Below are positions 24,706 through 32,000 of a stretch of 32,000 nt of DNA, piece by piece. The notes under the pieces were generated by a model. That model had not been told where the DNA came from. It worked only from the letters and a program-made list of their open reading frames with translations, and did not search any database. The position numbers and the translations under genes were made by a program. The stretch's first letter is position 1; every line of letters starts with the position of its first letter. Source of the stretch: Ktedonobacterales bacterium (GTDB lineage Bacteria; Chloroflexota; Ktedonobacteria; Ktedonobacterales; JADMIN01); contig CP126532.1 in the NCBI GenBank assembly GCA_030167145.1, positions 3,900,001 through 3,932,000 of the forward strand, written 5' to 3'.

Positions 24706-25410
24706 ATGCGATTCACCGTTCACCCTGATGTCTTCGCCCGTTTCTCTGGCATGCGCATCGCCGTCGCGGTGATGGACGGCCTGGACAACGCTACCCCACG
24801 CCCGCCAGTCGAAGCCGCCTGGCGCGAGACGTGCACCCTCGCCGCGTCGCAGGCCGCGCCCTATGGCAACGCGCAGTCGCACCCGCGCGTTAAACCCTGG
24901 CGCGAACGCTTCCAGGCGATGGGCGTCTCCGGCAAGGAGTTTCCGTCCTCCATCGAAGCGTTGCTACGGCGTACGCTCAAAGGCGGTGACCCGTTCACCA
25001 TCAATCCCCTGGTGGACTGGTACAACACGCTCTCGCTCCGCCACACCGTTCCCGCTGGCGCCTTCGATCTGGACCAGCTACATGGGCCGGTTGCGCTTCG
25101 CCCGACGGAAGATGGCGACACCTTCCTTGCGCTCGGCGCGGATCTCAGTGTTGCCGTGCCAGCGGGCGAAATCGCCTATGCCGATGGCCACACGATTCTC
25201 ACGCGCCACTTCGTCTGGCGTCAGTCGCGCGCTGGCCTGATTGCTCACGATACCACCCACGTGCTGCTCGTCTCCGAAGTGCTCGGCGAGGTTGGCGGGG
25301 CAGTCGCGGATACCATGCTGGCGGACTTCATCACCGGCGCGAACGACTACTTCGGCATTGCCGCTCACGGTATGGTTCTCGATGCGCAGCAGCCGGTCTT
25401 CGCTTGGTAG
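24706..25410 (+). CDS. free-standing B3/B4 domain protein (PheRS beta-subunit-like tRNA-binding/editing fold)
   Basis: HPRVKPWRERFQAMGVSGKEFPSSIEALLRRTLKGGDPFTINPLVDWYNTLSLRHTVPAGAFDLDQLHGPVALR fits the B3_4 family pattern recalled from memory. Starts 14 nt after the yqeY stop. Confidence 0.7.
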   Translation: MRFTVHPDVFARFSGMRIAVAVMDGLDNATPRPPVEAAWRETCTLAASQAAPYGNAQSHPRVKPWRERFQAMGVSGKEFPSSIEALLRRTLKGGDPFTINPLVDWYNTLSLRHTVPAGAFDLDQLHGPVALRPTEDGDTFLALGADLSVAVPAGEIAYADGHTILTRHFVWRQSRAGLIAHDTTHVLLVSEVLGEVGGAVADTMLADFITGANDYFGIAAHGMVLDAQQPVFAW

Positions 25411-25419
25411 CCGTTATCG

Positions 25420-26604
25420 CTAGATCGCCCCCTCAGCCCGCCAGCGCACAATTGTCGCGTCGTCGTAGCCCAGTTCGCGCAGCACTTCGTCGGTGTGCTC
25501 GCCCAGCCTCGGCGGCGGCAGTCGCAGCGATGCGGGCGTCTCCGAGAACGCCACTGGCGTATTCACCACGCGAATCTCCCCCGCCGAGGGATGGGTCATC
25601 GTCTGCGCCAGCCCCATGTGCCGCGCCTGCGGACTCTCGAACACCTGCCGCATGTCGCGCACTGGCCCCGCTGGCACATGCGCCGCATCCAGCAGCGCCA
25701 GCACGTTGGCCACCGGCATCGTCAGCGTGCGCTCCTCGATGGCCGCCAGCAGCGCCTTGCGGTTCCGCACGCGCTCGCGGTTCGTCGCGAAACGTGGATC
25801 ATCCAGCAGCGCCGCCAATCCCAGCGCCGTCGCGCAGCGCTGCCAGATATCGTCATTGCCACCAGCGATATTGAGATAGCCATCCGCCGCGCGCACCAGA
25901 TCATACGGCGCAATCTGCGGATGGCTGTTGCCCACGCGCCCCGGCGCTTCACCCGAAAGTAGATAGCTGGTAGCATAGTTGCCCAGCGCCGCCACCGTCG
26001 CCCCCAGCAGCGTCGTCTCCACATGCTGGCCGCGCCCCGTCCGCTCGCGCGCAAAGAGCGCCGCCAGAATCCCCTGCCCCGCCGTCATCCCCGCCAGAAT
26101 GTCGCAGACCGGCAGCCCTGATCGCATCGGGCTGCCCTCTGGATCGCCCGTCACGCTGCTGGCCCCGCTCATGCCCTGCAAGATGATGTCGTAGCCAGGG
26201 ATATGCGCCTCTGGCCCCTCCTGCCCGAACGCCGAGATCGAGCAATAGATTAGCCGCGCGTTCCGTTCGTGTGCCGCCGCGTAGCCGAAGCCCAGCTTCT
26301 CCATCAGCCCCGGCCGGAAGTTCTCCACTAGCACATCGGCGCGCTCGATCAGCCGCCACAGCGCCTCACGCCCGCCCTCGCGCTTCAAATTCAGCGCCAC
26401 ACCGCGTTTATTCCGGTTGCAGCTCAGGAAATACGCGCTCTCCCCACCCTGAAACGGCGGACCCCAGTGGCGGCTGTCATCGCCAACCTCCGGCTCTTCC
26501 ACCTTGATGACCTCCGCGCCCATATCTCCGAGCAGCATCGCGCAGTACGGACCCGCCAGCGCCCGCGACAGATCCACCACTCGCACGCCTTCCAGCGGCA
26601 GCAT
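25420..26604 (-). CDS. family III CoA-transferase (CaiB/BaiF family)
   Basis: LEGVRVVDLSRALAGPYCAMLLGDMGAEVIKVEEP..GDDSRHWGPPF, with the catalytic-Asp region. GGGAGA lies upstream of ATG 26604. Confidence 0.9.
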   Translation of the reverse strand: MLPLEGVRVVDLSRALAGPYCAMLLGDMGAEVIKVEEPEVGDDSRHWGPPFQGGESAYFLSCNRNKRGVALNLKREGGREALWRLIERADVLVENFRPGLMEKLGFGYAAAHERNARLIYCSISAFGQEGPEAHIPGYDIILQGMSGASSVTGDPEGSPMRSGLPVCDILAGMTAGQGILAALFARERTGRGQHVETTLLGATVAALGNYATSYLLSGEAPGRVGNSHPQIAPYDLVRAADGYLNIAGGNDDIWQRCATALGLAALLDDPRFATNRERVRNRKALLAAIEERTLTMPVANVLALLDAAHVPAGPVRDMRQVFESPQARHMGLAQTMTHPSAGEIRVVNTPVAFSETPASLRLPPPRLGEHTDEVLRELGYDDATIVRWRAEGAI

Positions 26605-26713
26605 ACCGTCTCCCTATCTCTCTGGCTCGCAGCGAACCCACTACGCCGCATGAGATAGTGTACACCCAGCCGGCCCAAATCGGAGCGCCACCCTCATCCG
26701 CCGCAACACAACG

Positions 26714-26742
26714 CAGCCGCCGATCACCATGACCAGCGGCTG
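26714..26742 (-). terminator. stem-loop CAGCCGC-(15 nt)-GCGGCTG downstream of Pro-rich paralog A
   Basis: 7-bp stem about 30 nt beyond the stop at 26769. The homologous position after paralog B also forms a hairpin. Confidence 0.4.
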
Positions 26743-26768
26743 CGAGCAGACTATTCACGAACGGCGTG

Positions 26769-27599
26769 CTACTTTAACACCTGCACCTGAATCGTCCAGG
26801 CAGCCTCGCTATCGATGTCGAGGTAGATATCACCTCCCTGGTGCTCTTCTGTCGAATCACCTGTGTTTCCCGACTTGCAAATTGTATTCACCGCCAGATC
26901 AAGCGGCGTTCCATCGCTGCTGTAGACGGTGACGATCACATTGTACTGGCCGAAATAATATGAACTGGGATTGCAAGTCCAAACGAGTTTCCAATCGTCT
27001 GGCACACTAAAGATTCCGGTCTTCTTAATGCCGTTGCCTTTGAATTTCTGAACTGTTGTCCACTTTGGAGTTGGCGTTGCTGTAGCTGTGGGAGCTGGCG
27101 TGTCGGTTGGCCCAAACGTAGCGGTGGGATAGGGCGTATCCGTAGAGACACTTGCCGATTGCTGATTGGAAGACGATGGGCTGTTTCCATTGAGTGCGAG
27201 GGCGAAACTTCCGCAGGCGCAGCAGAGCACCAATACACTGCCTACTCCGATGAGAATCCAGTGCCATGCTTTGAGCCGCCGTTTAGGAGGGGAAGGTGGG
27301 GGATAGTACGCACTAGGTGGCTGCGTATTGGGCGGATATGGCATTCCAGGTTGCGGTTGATAGAATGGCTGACTGGGCAGCGCATAGGGTGGCTGACTGG
27401 GTGGATAGTCGATTCCGGATTGCTGGGGATACAGCGGTTGGCTGGGTGGTGGATAGAGAGGGTAGCTCGGTGGTGCGTACTGCGGTTGACCAGGCGATGG
27501 ATAGGCGGGCTGACCAGGATACGGCGTGGGCTGATTGTTGGATGATGCCTCATCCCCTGAAGATGGTTGTGGCTGGCCAGGATATTCGTTATTGGCCAT
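26769..27599 (-). CDS. single-pass membrane protein: Pro/Gln/Tyr-rich cytoplasmic N-terminus, TM, Thr/Pro linker, conserved ~100-aa C-terminal ectodomain (paralog A)
   Basis: GGGAGG lies 8 nt upstream of ATG 27599 (MANNEYPGQPQPSS...). TM segment WHWILIGVGSVLVLCCACGSFALAL. The C-terminal domain TPKWTTVQKFKGNG...AAWTIQVQVLK is shared with the upstream gene. Confidence 0.7.
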   Translation of the reverse strand: MANNEYPGQPQPSSGDEASSNNQPTPYPGQPAYPSPGQPQYAPPSYPLYPPPSQPLYPQQSGIDYPPSQPPYALPSQPFYQPQPGMPYPPNTQPPSAYYPPPSPPKRRLKAWHWILIGVGSVLVLCCACGSFALALNGNSPSSSNQQSASVSTDTPYPTATFGPTDTPAPTATATPTPKWTTVQKFKGNGIKKTGIFSVPDDWKLVWTCNPSSYYFGQYNVIVTVYSSDGTPLDLAVNTICKSGNTGDSTEEHQGGDIYLDIDSEAAWTIQVQVLK

Positions 27600-27650
27600 T
27601 GGAAAGCCTCCCCCCAATGGATTAGGAACCTTGATGGATGGTTCCACTAT

Positions 27651-27675
27651 GCCGCCGATCACCACGACCGGCGGC
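27651..27675 (-). terminator. stem-loop GCCGCCG-(11 nt)-CGGCGGC downstream of Pro-rich paralog B
   Basis: 7-bp stem in the ~100-nt gap between the two paralogs. It is positionally homologous to the hairpin at 26714-26742, but the stem sequence differs. Confidence 0.35.
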
Positions 27676-27702
27676 TGCGAGGATACCTTATGCAAGCATG
27701 CG

Positions 27703-28332
27703 CTACTTTAGCACCTGGACCTGAATCTTCCAGGCGGCCTCGCTATTGATGTCCAGGTAGACATCACCGCCTTGATGCTCTTCCGTCGAGTCACCTGTAT
27801 TGCCTGATTTGCAAATCGTATTCACGGCAACTGGATCAAGGGGTGTTCCATCGCTTCCATACACACTTACGATCACGTTGTACTGGCTGGTAAACGACTC
27901 CGATGAGGGATCACATGACCAGACAAGCTTCCAATCGTCCGGCACAGTGAACGTACCTGTTTTCTTCGTCCCATTGCCATTGAACGTTTGCACGGTCGTC
28001 CACTTCGGTGTGTGGGTCGCCGTGGCCGTCGGTGCGGGAGTATGCGTCGCCTTCGGCGCTCCGCCGGATTGCGTGGATGTGTTCGTCTGGCTTCCACCCG
28101 ATGAACCGCTACCATTTACAACAGCAGACATCAGCCCGCAGAGCATGCATACGAGAACCAGTCCTGTCACCGCGATACCCCATACCGGCACCGCCACCCG
28201 CCGCCGCATCGTCTCTCCAAGGCCCCCGCCCGCTGGCCGCGTCGGAGGATATTGTCCGCCCATCGGCGCTCCGCCATTTGGCGGCATATTTCCCGGTTGC
28301 TGAGTCCCTTGTCCCTGTGGATCCTGTTGCAT
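27703..28332 (-). CDS. single-pass membrane protein, paralog B of 26769..27599 (shorter Pro/Gly/Gln-rich N-terminus)
   Basis: ATG 28332 (MQQDPQGQG...) with GGAGGA upstream; a TTG at 28353 is an alternative start. TM segment VWGIAVTGLVLVCMLCGLMSAVV. C-terminal domain TPKWTTVQTFNGNG...AAWKIQVQVLK. Confidence 0.7.
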   Translation of the reverse strand: MQQDPQGQGTQQPGNMPPNGGAPMGGQYPPTRPAGGGLGETMRRRVAVPVWGIAVTGLVLVCMLCGLMSAVVNGSGSSGGSQTNTSTQSGGAPKATHTPAPTATATHTPKWTTVQTFNGNGTKKTGTFTVPDDWKLVWSCDPSSESFTSQYNVIVSVYGSDGTPLDPVAVNTICKSGNTGDSTEEHQGGDVYLDINSEAAWKIQVQVLK

Positions 28333-28633
28333 AGTGTGTCCGCTGTCCTCCAAATGTGACCATTGCTTTTCTCGCCGATTTCACTCATCGGCGACCTCAA
28401 TTAGTCCAATACGGCAGACAGCACAAAAAGCGGAAAATGGAAAACAAACTCGCTGTCTGTCTCTACCATGTGGCAGTGAAACTATAGAGGAATGGCTCAG
28501 CTAGAGTCAATCGTTTCGTATCGTGATACGTCAATCTCAGCAATATTACTTGTTCAACTGGGCATAGTTTCAACAGCAAATGAGACGCCGTTCATAGTCG
28601 TGTTAATGGTCGGTAAATGTCGGCTGGACTCAC

Positions 28634-29203
28634 TCACGCGCCCAGCGCATATTCCCTTAGGCACGTGTACTGTGCGCCCGCGCGTGACGTTTCGCTCTTC
28701 ATCACTCGCAGCGCATCCACCGCAAAGCGCGGCCCGCCACCCTGCGACCGCCGCACCCGCGCCGCCAGCCGCGCCAGCGCATCTACGTCTAGCGGCTGTT
28801 TCACCCGCGCCAGTGTCAGATGTGGCGCGAACGCGCGCTCCTCGCGCGGAAATCCCCGCGCCGCCAGCTCATCCGCCAGCCGCGCCTGAACTGCCCGTAG
28901 CGCCCGCACATCCCCTTCCACTCCCGCCCAGATCACCTTCGGCGCTACCGCTGGCCCAAACGTCCCCAGCCAGCCCAGCGCCAATGTGAACGGCGCACTG
29001 TCCCGCGCCGCCGCCTCGGTCGCCGCCATTACCTCCGCCAGCCGTTCTTCATCCAGTTCGCCCAAAAATGCCAGCGTCAGATGCAGGCTCTCCGGCGCCA
29101 CGAAGCGCACCGTGGGCAGCGCTCGCGCTAGCGTTCCCATCTCGCGCCGCAGCGCCGACCGCGCCTCGTCCGAGAGGTCCACCGCGATGAATGTGCGCGT
29201 CAT
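28634..29203 (-). CDS. thpR: RNA 2',3'-cyclic phosphodiesterase (2H phosphoesterase, ThpR/LigT family)
   Basis: Two H-x-T-x motifs, HLTLAFLGE and HLTLARV. AGGAGG lies 7 nt upstream of ATG 29203. Confidence 0.85.
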   Translation of the reverse strand: MTRTFIAVDLSDEARSALRREMGTLARALPTVRFVAPESLHLTLAFLGELDEERLAEVMAATEAAARDSAPFTLALGWLGTFGPAVAPKVIWAGVEGDVRALRAVQARLADELAARGFPREERAFAPHLTLARVKQPLDVDALARLAARVRRSQGGGPRFAVDALRVMKSETSRAGAQYTCLREYALGA

Positions 29204-29257
29204 ATGCTCACCTCCTATCCGCACGCCATCTCGCCTATCCGCACATCATGAGCACAC

Positions 29258-29725
29258 CTACTTCGCCTGCGCCGTTCCGCTTCTCCGCATATGCAGCAGC
29301 GGGAACGGCAGGCCCATATCATCCACGGCAGACCGACCGGCGACCTCGAACCCCATACGGCGGTAAAAGCCTACGGCCTGGTCGTTCTGCTCATTCACAT
29401 CTACCGCTGTGGCACCCAACGACTCGACCGCATAGGTCAGCAGTCTGCGGCCAATCCCCTGGCTGCGCCACGCCGGATGAATGAATAGCGCCTCGACCTT
29501 CGCTCCCTGCACGCCGATGAAGCCAGCGACCTGCCCATCGCCGTCACGCACACACGCCAATACTTCCAATTGTCTGAGGCCATCCTCAACCAGTGGCTTG
29601 AGGAACTGGATGTCGGCCTCGGTCAAAAAGTGATGTGTTGCGCGCACGGACGCTTCCCACACCTCGACGACACGAGGGAAGTCCCCAGCTTCTATGGAAG
29701 TGATACCGTCCTGCGTCTGTGCCAA
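29258..29725 (-). CDS. GNAT-family N-acetyltransferase, YjaB-like
   Basis: VWEASVRATHHFLTEADIQFLKPLV...ALFIHPAWRSQGIGRRLLTYAVE...VNEQNDQAVGFYRRMGFEVAGRSAVDDMGLPFPLLHM is collinear with E. coli YjaB as recalled from memory. The start is uncertain: TTG 29725 (GAAAGGG upstream) or TTG 29785. Confidence 0.75.
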   Translation of the reverse strand: MAQTQDGITSIEAGDFPRVVEVWEASVRATHHFLTEADIQFLKPLVEDGLRQLEVLACVRDGDGQVAGFIGVQGAKVEALFIHPAWRSQGIGRRLLTYAVESLGATAVDVNEQNDQAVGFYRRMGFEVAGRSAVDDMGLPFPLLHMRRSGTAQAK

Positions 29726-29802
29726 GGTCGTAACCCTTTCTTCCGTAACTCTTAATTGCTCACCACGAACCCAGGATGACAGCAAAGGAATGTTCTTCTC
29801 AT

Positions 29803-30885
29803 CTATTTCGCCTTCAGCACACGCTCATATGTAAAGCGTTCGCGCGCATCATCCAGATTCCATGTCGCCGTCTCGGCATCCACCAGCGCGGGATACGACC
29901 GGCGGATATCGCGTAGCGCGTTCCCAGCGGAATGGCGCACGTACTCGCTTGTGTCGCGGCGCAGCGCTGCCAGCCGCGAAATCGCTGCTTCGGGATGTCG
30001 CGCGAAATATGTCCGGCTCTTCGCCGTCCACGGACGCAACCCCTCGCTCACCGCCCGCCGTGCGTTCGGATGCGCGTCCGCGAGCCAGCCATCAATCACC
30101 GGCAACGCCGTCTCGTAGTCCACCGCCGTACAGTAGGCATTGAACGCCTGAGCCAGCGCCTCCTGCACCTCCCAATCGGGATCCGGCACGACCCGTTCGA
30201 GCAATATATCCAGATTGCCAGGTCGCGCGTCACTGGTGAAGCCGAGCAGATAGACCGCCAGCATTCTTCGCTTGGCTTCCGCCGCGTCCAGCAGTGGCAG
30301 CGCCGCCGCAACTACGTCATCCCGTAGCTCGGACGCGGCAAGCTCGCGCGCCAGTGTCCGCACCTGCGACCAGTTCAGCCCATCCAGCGATGGTATCGGT
30401 TGCATGCGTTGCCCCTCACCCTCTGCATCCTGATCATCATCATCATCATCATCATCCGGCATCAAAACAAGGATTGAGACATTGATGGAAAGGCCAGCAT
30501 CGCCTGCTGCCGCGACCAACTCTTCAGGCAAGGTCAATCCACCGTCTTCTTCCTCTCGGATCGTGCTGATGTACAGTTGGCGGTCGCACTGCGAACGGTC
30601 AAGATTGGCGAGCATAGGGGCAAGCTGTTGAAGTACCGTAGTAGCGTTTGCAAGCTGGCGATCCTCTTCTGCAAAGATCGTCTCTCGGTCATCAAAAGAG
30701 TACAGAGCGCCACGCTCCCACTTCGCCAATTGTAGTAGCAGAACATTAGCGGGCTGGACTCGCCGCCGTCGGTAGCGTTCCCCACGCCTTCGTAGCTCGA
30801 ACGGCAGCCCCTCCATCGCATGAGCAGCGTTCTCCAGCACATCTAGCTCGCCTATCAAACGCAACGATATATCAAAGTGGCTCAT
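29803..30885 (-). CDS. fusion protein: N-terminal DUF4279-like domain, poly-Asp linker, C-terminal HEAT-like-repeat DNA-alkylation-repair (AlkC/AlkD superfamily)-like domain
   Basis: The C-terminal pattern DPDWEVQEALAQAF...WLADAHPNARRAVSEGLRPW...LRRDTSEYVRHSAGNALRDI resembles the PF08713/COG4335 pattern. The N-terminal stretches FDISLRLIGELDV...GLPFELRRRGE...GGLTLPEELV...GLSINVSILVL resemble the DUF4279 pattern. Linker DDDDDDDDQD. Confidence 0.7.
   Translation of the reverse strand: MSHFDISLRLIGELDVLENAAHAMEGLPFELRRRGERYRRRRVQPANVLLLQLAKWERGALYSFDDRETIFAEEDRQLANATTVLQQLAPMLANLDRSQCDRQLYISTIREEEDGGLTLPEELVAAAGDAGLSINVSILVLMPDDDDDDDDQDAEGEGQRMQPIPSLDGLNWSQVRTLARELAASELRDDVVAAALPLLDAAEAKRRMLAVYLLGFTSDARPGNLDILLERVVPDPDWEVQEALAQAFNAYCTAVDYETALPVIDGWLADAHPNARRAVSEGLRPWTAKSRTYFARHPEAAISRLAALRRDTSEYVRHSAGNALRDIRRSYPALVDAETATWNLDDARERFTYERVLKAK
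30433..30456. repeat. perfect trinucleotide microsatellite (ATC)8 on + = (GAT)8 on the coding strand, encoding Asp8
   Basis: Read directly: atcatcatcatcatcatcatcatc. Confidence 0.95.
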
Positions 30886-31024
30886 ATCGTATACCCGCCT
30901 TAATTTCTGCTGAAACTTTGCCTATTGAGCGCCACACGCGCCGCAATTGGGCGTACACTGGATAGTGGGGACACAAGCGGGCAACCCGCGCGACATGTTG
31001 CCCCCCACTAAAGGAGCTTACATC

Positions 31025-31711
31025 ATGCGAAAACGCATACTCTTCGCGCTCGGCGGCGCGGGCATCTTCGTCGTAGGGCTGCTCGCGGGCATGATCACCA
31101 CTGGCGGCTTCCCAGCCTTCGCCCAATCGGCGAACAGCGGCGCCTCCACCGCCAGCAAAGGCGACTACTGCGCGCTCTACATCCAGACGCTTGCCAGCGA
31201 CCTGAAGGTCTCGCAGAGCCAGTTGAGCGCCGCCAACCAGGATGCCGCCAAGAAGGTCATCGAGCAGATGTACGCTGACGGCAAGATCACCGCCGACCAG
31301 AAGAACCGCCTCGAAGGGCGGCTCGGCAAATTGAGCGATCACCCTTGCGCGTTCGTCAAACAGGCCTTCGCGCATCGCGGTGGGGCCACGGCCGCGCTGA
31401 AGGGCGCGCACCAGCAGATCGAAACCGCCGTCGCGGGCGCACTGAATGTGTCAGTCACCACGCTCGAATCCGACCTCGCCGCTGGCCAGACGATTGCCCA
31501 GATCGCGCAGGCGCAGAAGGTGGACATCAACACCGTCAACACCGCCTACCTCAACGCTGTGAAGACGCAACTTGCCCAGGCCGTCAGCAGCGGCGCGCTC
31601 ACCCAGGCGCAGTCCGACACGTTCTACAGCCGCATCCAGCAGGCCGTCACGTCCGGACACTACCCGCTGCTCGAGCGCCACGGTAAGGCGTCCACCGCCC
31701 CCGCCGCCTAA
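31025..31711 (+). CDS. exported/membrane-anchored hypothetical alpha-helical protein
   Basis: AAGGAG lies 8 nt upstream of ATG 31025. N-terminal anchor/signal MRKRILFALGGAGIFVVGLLAGMITTGGFPAFA. Two similar helical segments containing 'G(K/A)(I/L)TxxQ' (DGKITADQKNRLEGRL and SGALTQAQSDTFYSRI). The ORF-track start at 30947 is unsupported. Confidence 0.65.
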   Translation: MRKRILFALGGAGIFVVGLLAGMITTGGFPAFAQSANSGASTASKGDYCALYIQTLASDLKVSQSQLSAANQDAAKKVIEQMYADGKITADQKNRLEGRLGKLSDHPCAFVKQAFAHRGGATAALKGAHQQIETAVAGALNVSVTTLESDLAAGQTIAQIAQAQKVDINTVNTAYLNAVKTQLAQAVSSGALTQAQSDTFYSRIQQAVTSGHYPLLERHGKASTAPAA

Positions 31712-31732
31712 GCCAATCTCTCATCAACATAC

Positions 31733-31769
31733 ATGCCCCTCGGCCAGCACAAATACTGGCGAGGGGCAT
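31733..31769. terminator. bidirectional stem-loop ATGCCCCTCG(G)CCAG-cacaaata-CTGGCGAGGGGCAT between convergent genes
   Basis: 14-bp stem with one bulge and an 8-nt loop, 22 nt after stop 31711 and 38 nt beyond the minus-strand stop at 31807. Confidence 0.6.
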
Positions 31770-31806
31770 ATCCGTATTCTTATGAGGTTCATCCATTGCT
31801 CAGCGC

Positions 31807-32000
31807 TCAGCGCCGGAAGAGCCGGTCGTAATGCTCTCCCACAATTTCAGAGGGGAATAAGCGCAGCAAATTGAACGCCGCCACGCTCAGCGCCACCCAG
31901 TCAATCGTCGCATCCACCGGCAGCCCCATGATATCGAACGCCCAGCCGACGCCAGGAATACCCAACCCCAGCATCTCGGCTGCCGCTTCCGGGAAAAACA
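31807..32000 (-). CDS. 3' end of a gene continuing beyond the window (hydrophobic C-terminus, probable membrane protein)
   Basis: Manual translation of the minus strand gives ...FFPEAAAEMLGLGIPGVGWAFDIMGLPVDATIDWVALSVAAFNLLRLFPSEIVGEHYDRLFRR, with the stop TGA at 31809-31807. It is open to the window edge and absent from the ORF track because it is truncated. Confidence 0.4.
   Translation of the reverse strand, partial: FFPEAAAEMLGLGIPGVGWAFDIMGLPVDATIDWVALSVAAFNLLRLFPSEIVGEHYDRLFRR

Noticed and set aside
1-32000. CRISPR arrays, rRNA genes, intact tRNAs, integrase/recombinase genes, recognised defence-system genes (restriction, Cas, retron RT, STAND NTPase, toxin-antitoxin pairs)
   Set aside because: Scanning by eye on both strands found no regularly spaced direct repeats and none of the characteristic motifs. 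The only repeats are those listed: the 13-mer x2, the (GAT)8, protein-level repeats and the gene duplications.

Overview
This is a GC-rich bacterial chromosomal window. The gene content, including membrane-anchored WD40 propellers, Pro-rich single-pass proteins and ROK/CUT2 sugar loci, suggests a Chloroflexota (Ktedonobacteria-like) or actinobacterial-type genome, but that is inference only.

Layout:
- (1) 1-3550: a visibly lower-GC accessory segment. It holds four orphan membrane or secreted proteins, a frameshifted and truncated IS5-family transposase relic, and a 45-nt 3' half of a tRNA-Lys(CUU) that has no 5' half. This looks like the right-hand (attR) end of an integrated island.
- (2) 3.6-14 kb: a carbohydrate locus. 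It has a GH3 hydrolase carrying six unassigned ~50-aa 'AWTGTDxxHSLN' repeats, a divergent GH15 enzyme, a ROK regulator, and an operon of lipoprotein SBP, single-NBD ATPase, permease and Gfo/Idh/MocA oxidoreductase.
- (3) 14.7-15.6 kb: a stand-alone 2-oxoacid-dehydrogenase E2 catalytic-domain acyltransferase.
- (4) 16-18.6 kb: two tandem paralogous 7-bladed WD40 proteins that are membrane-anchored and predicted extracytoplasmic.
- (5) 19-20.9 kb: a YvlD/DUF360-like, YsnF/DUF2382-like and MscS-like envelope-stress trio.
- (6) 21.1-25.4 kb: YvcK, a MoaD/ThiS-like Gly-Gly protein paired with an Asp-box (BNR) propeller, then YqeY and a free-standing B3/B4 domain protein.
- (7) 25.4-26.6 kb: a family III CoA-transferase.
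- (8) 26.7-28.3 kb: tandemly duplicated Pro-rich single-pass proteins sharing a conserved C-terminal ectodomain.
- (9) 28.6-30.9 kb: a ThpR, YjaB-like GNAT and DUF4279-like::HEAT (DNA-alkylation-repair-like) fusion cluster, with a (GAT)8 microsatellite encoding a poly-Asp linker.
- (10) 31.0-32.0 kb: an exported helical protein and a partial convergent membrane-protein gene.

I saw no CRISPR array, rRNA or intact tRNA. Many ORF-track entries are antisense shadow ORFs typical of GC-rich DNA. Several starts were moved to internal ATGs that have clear Shine-Dalgarno sequences. All family assignments come from motif recognition by eye, not from database searches.
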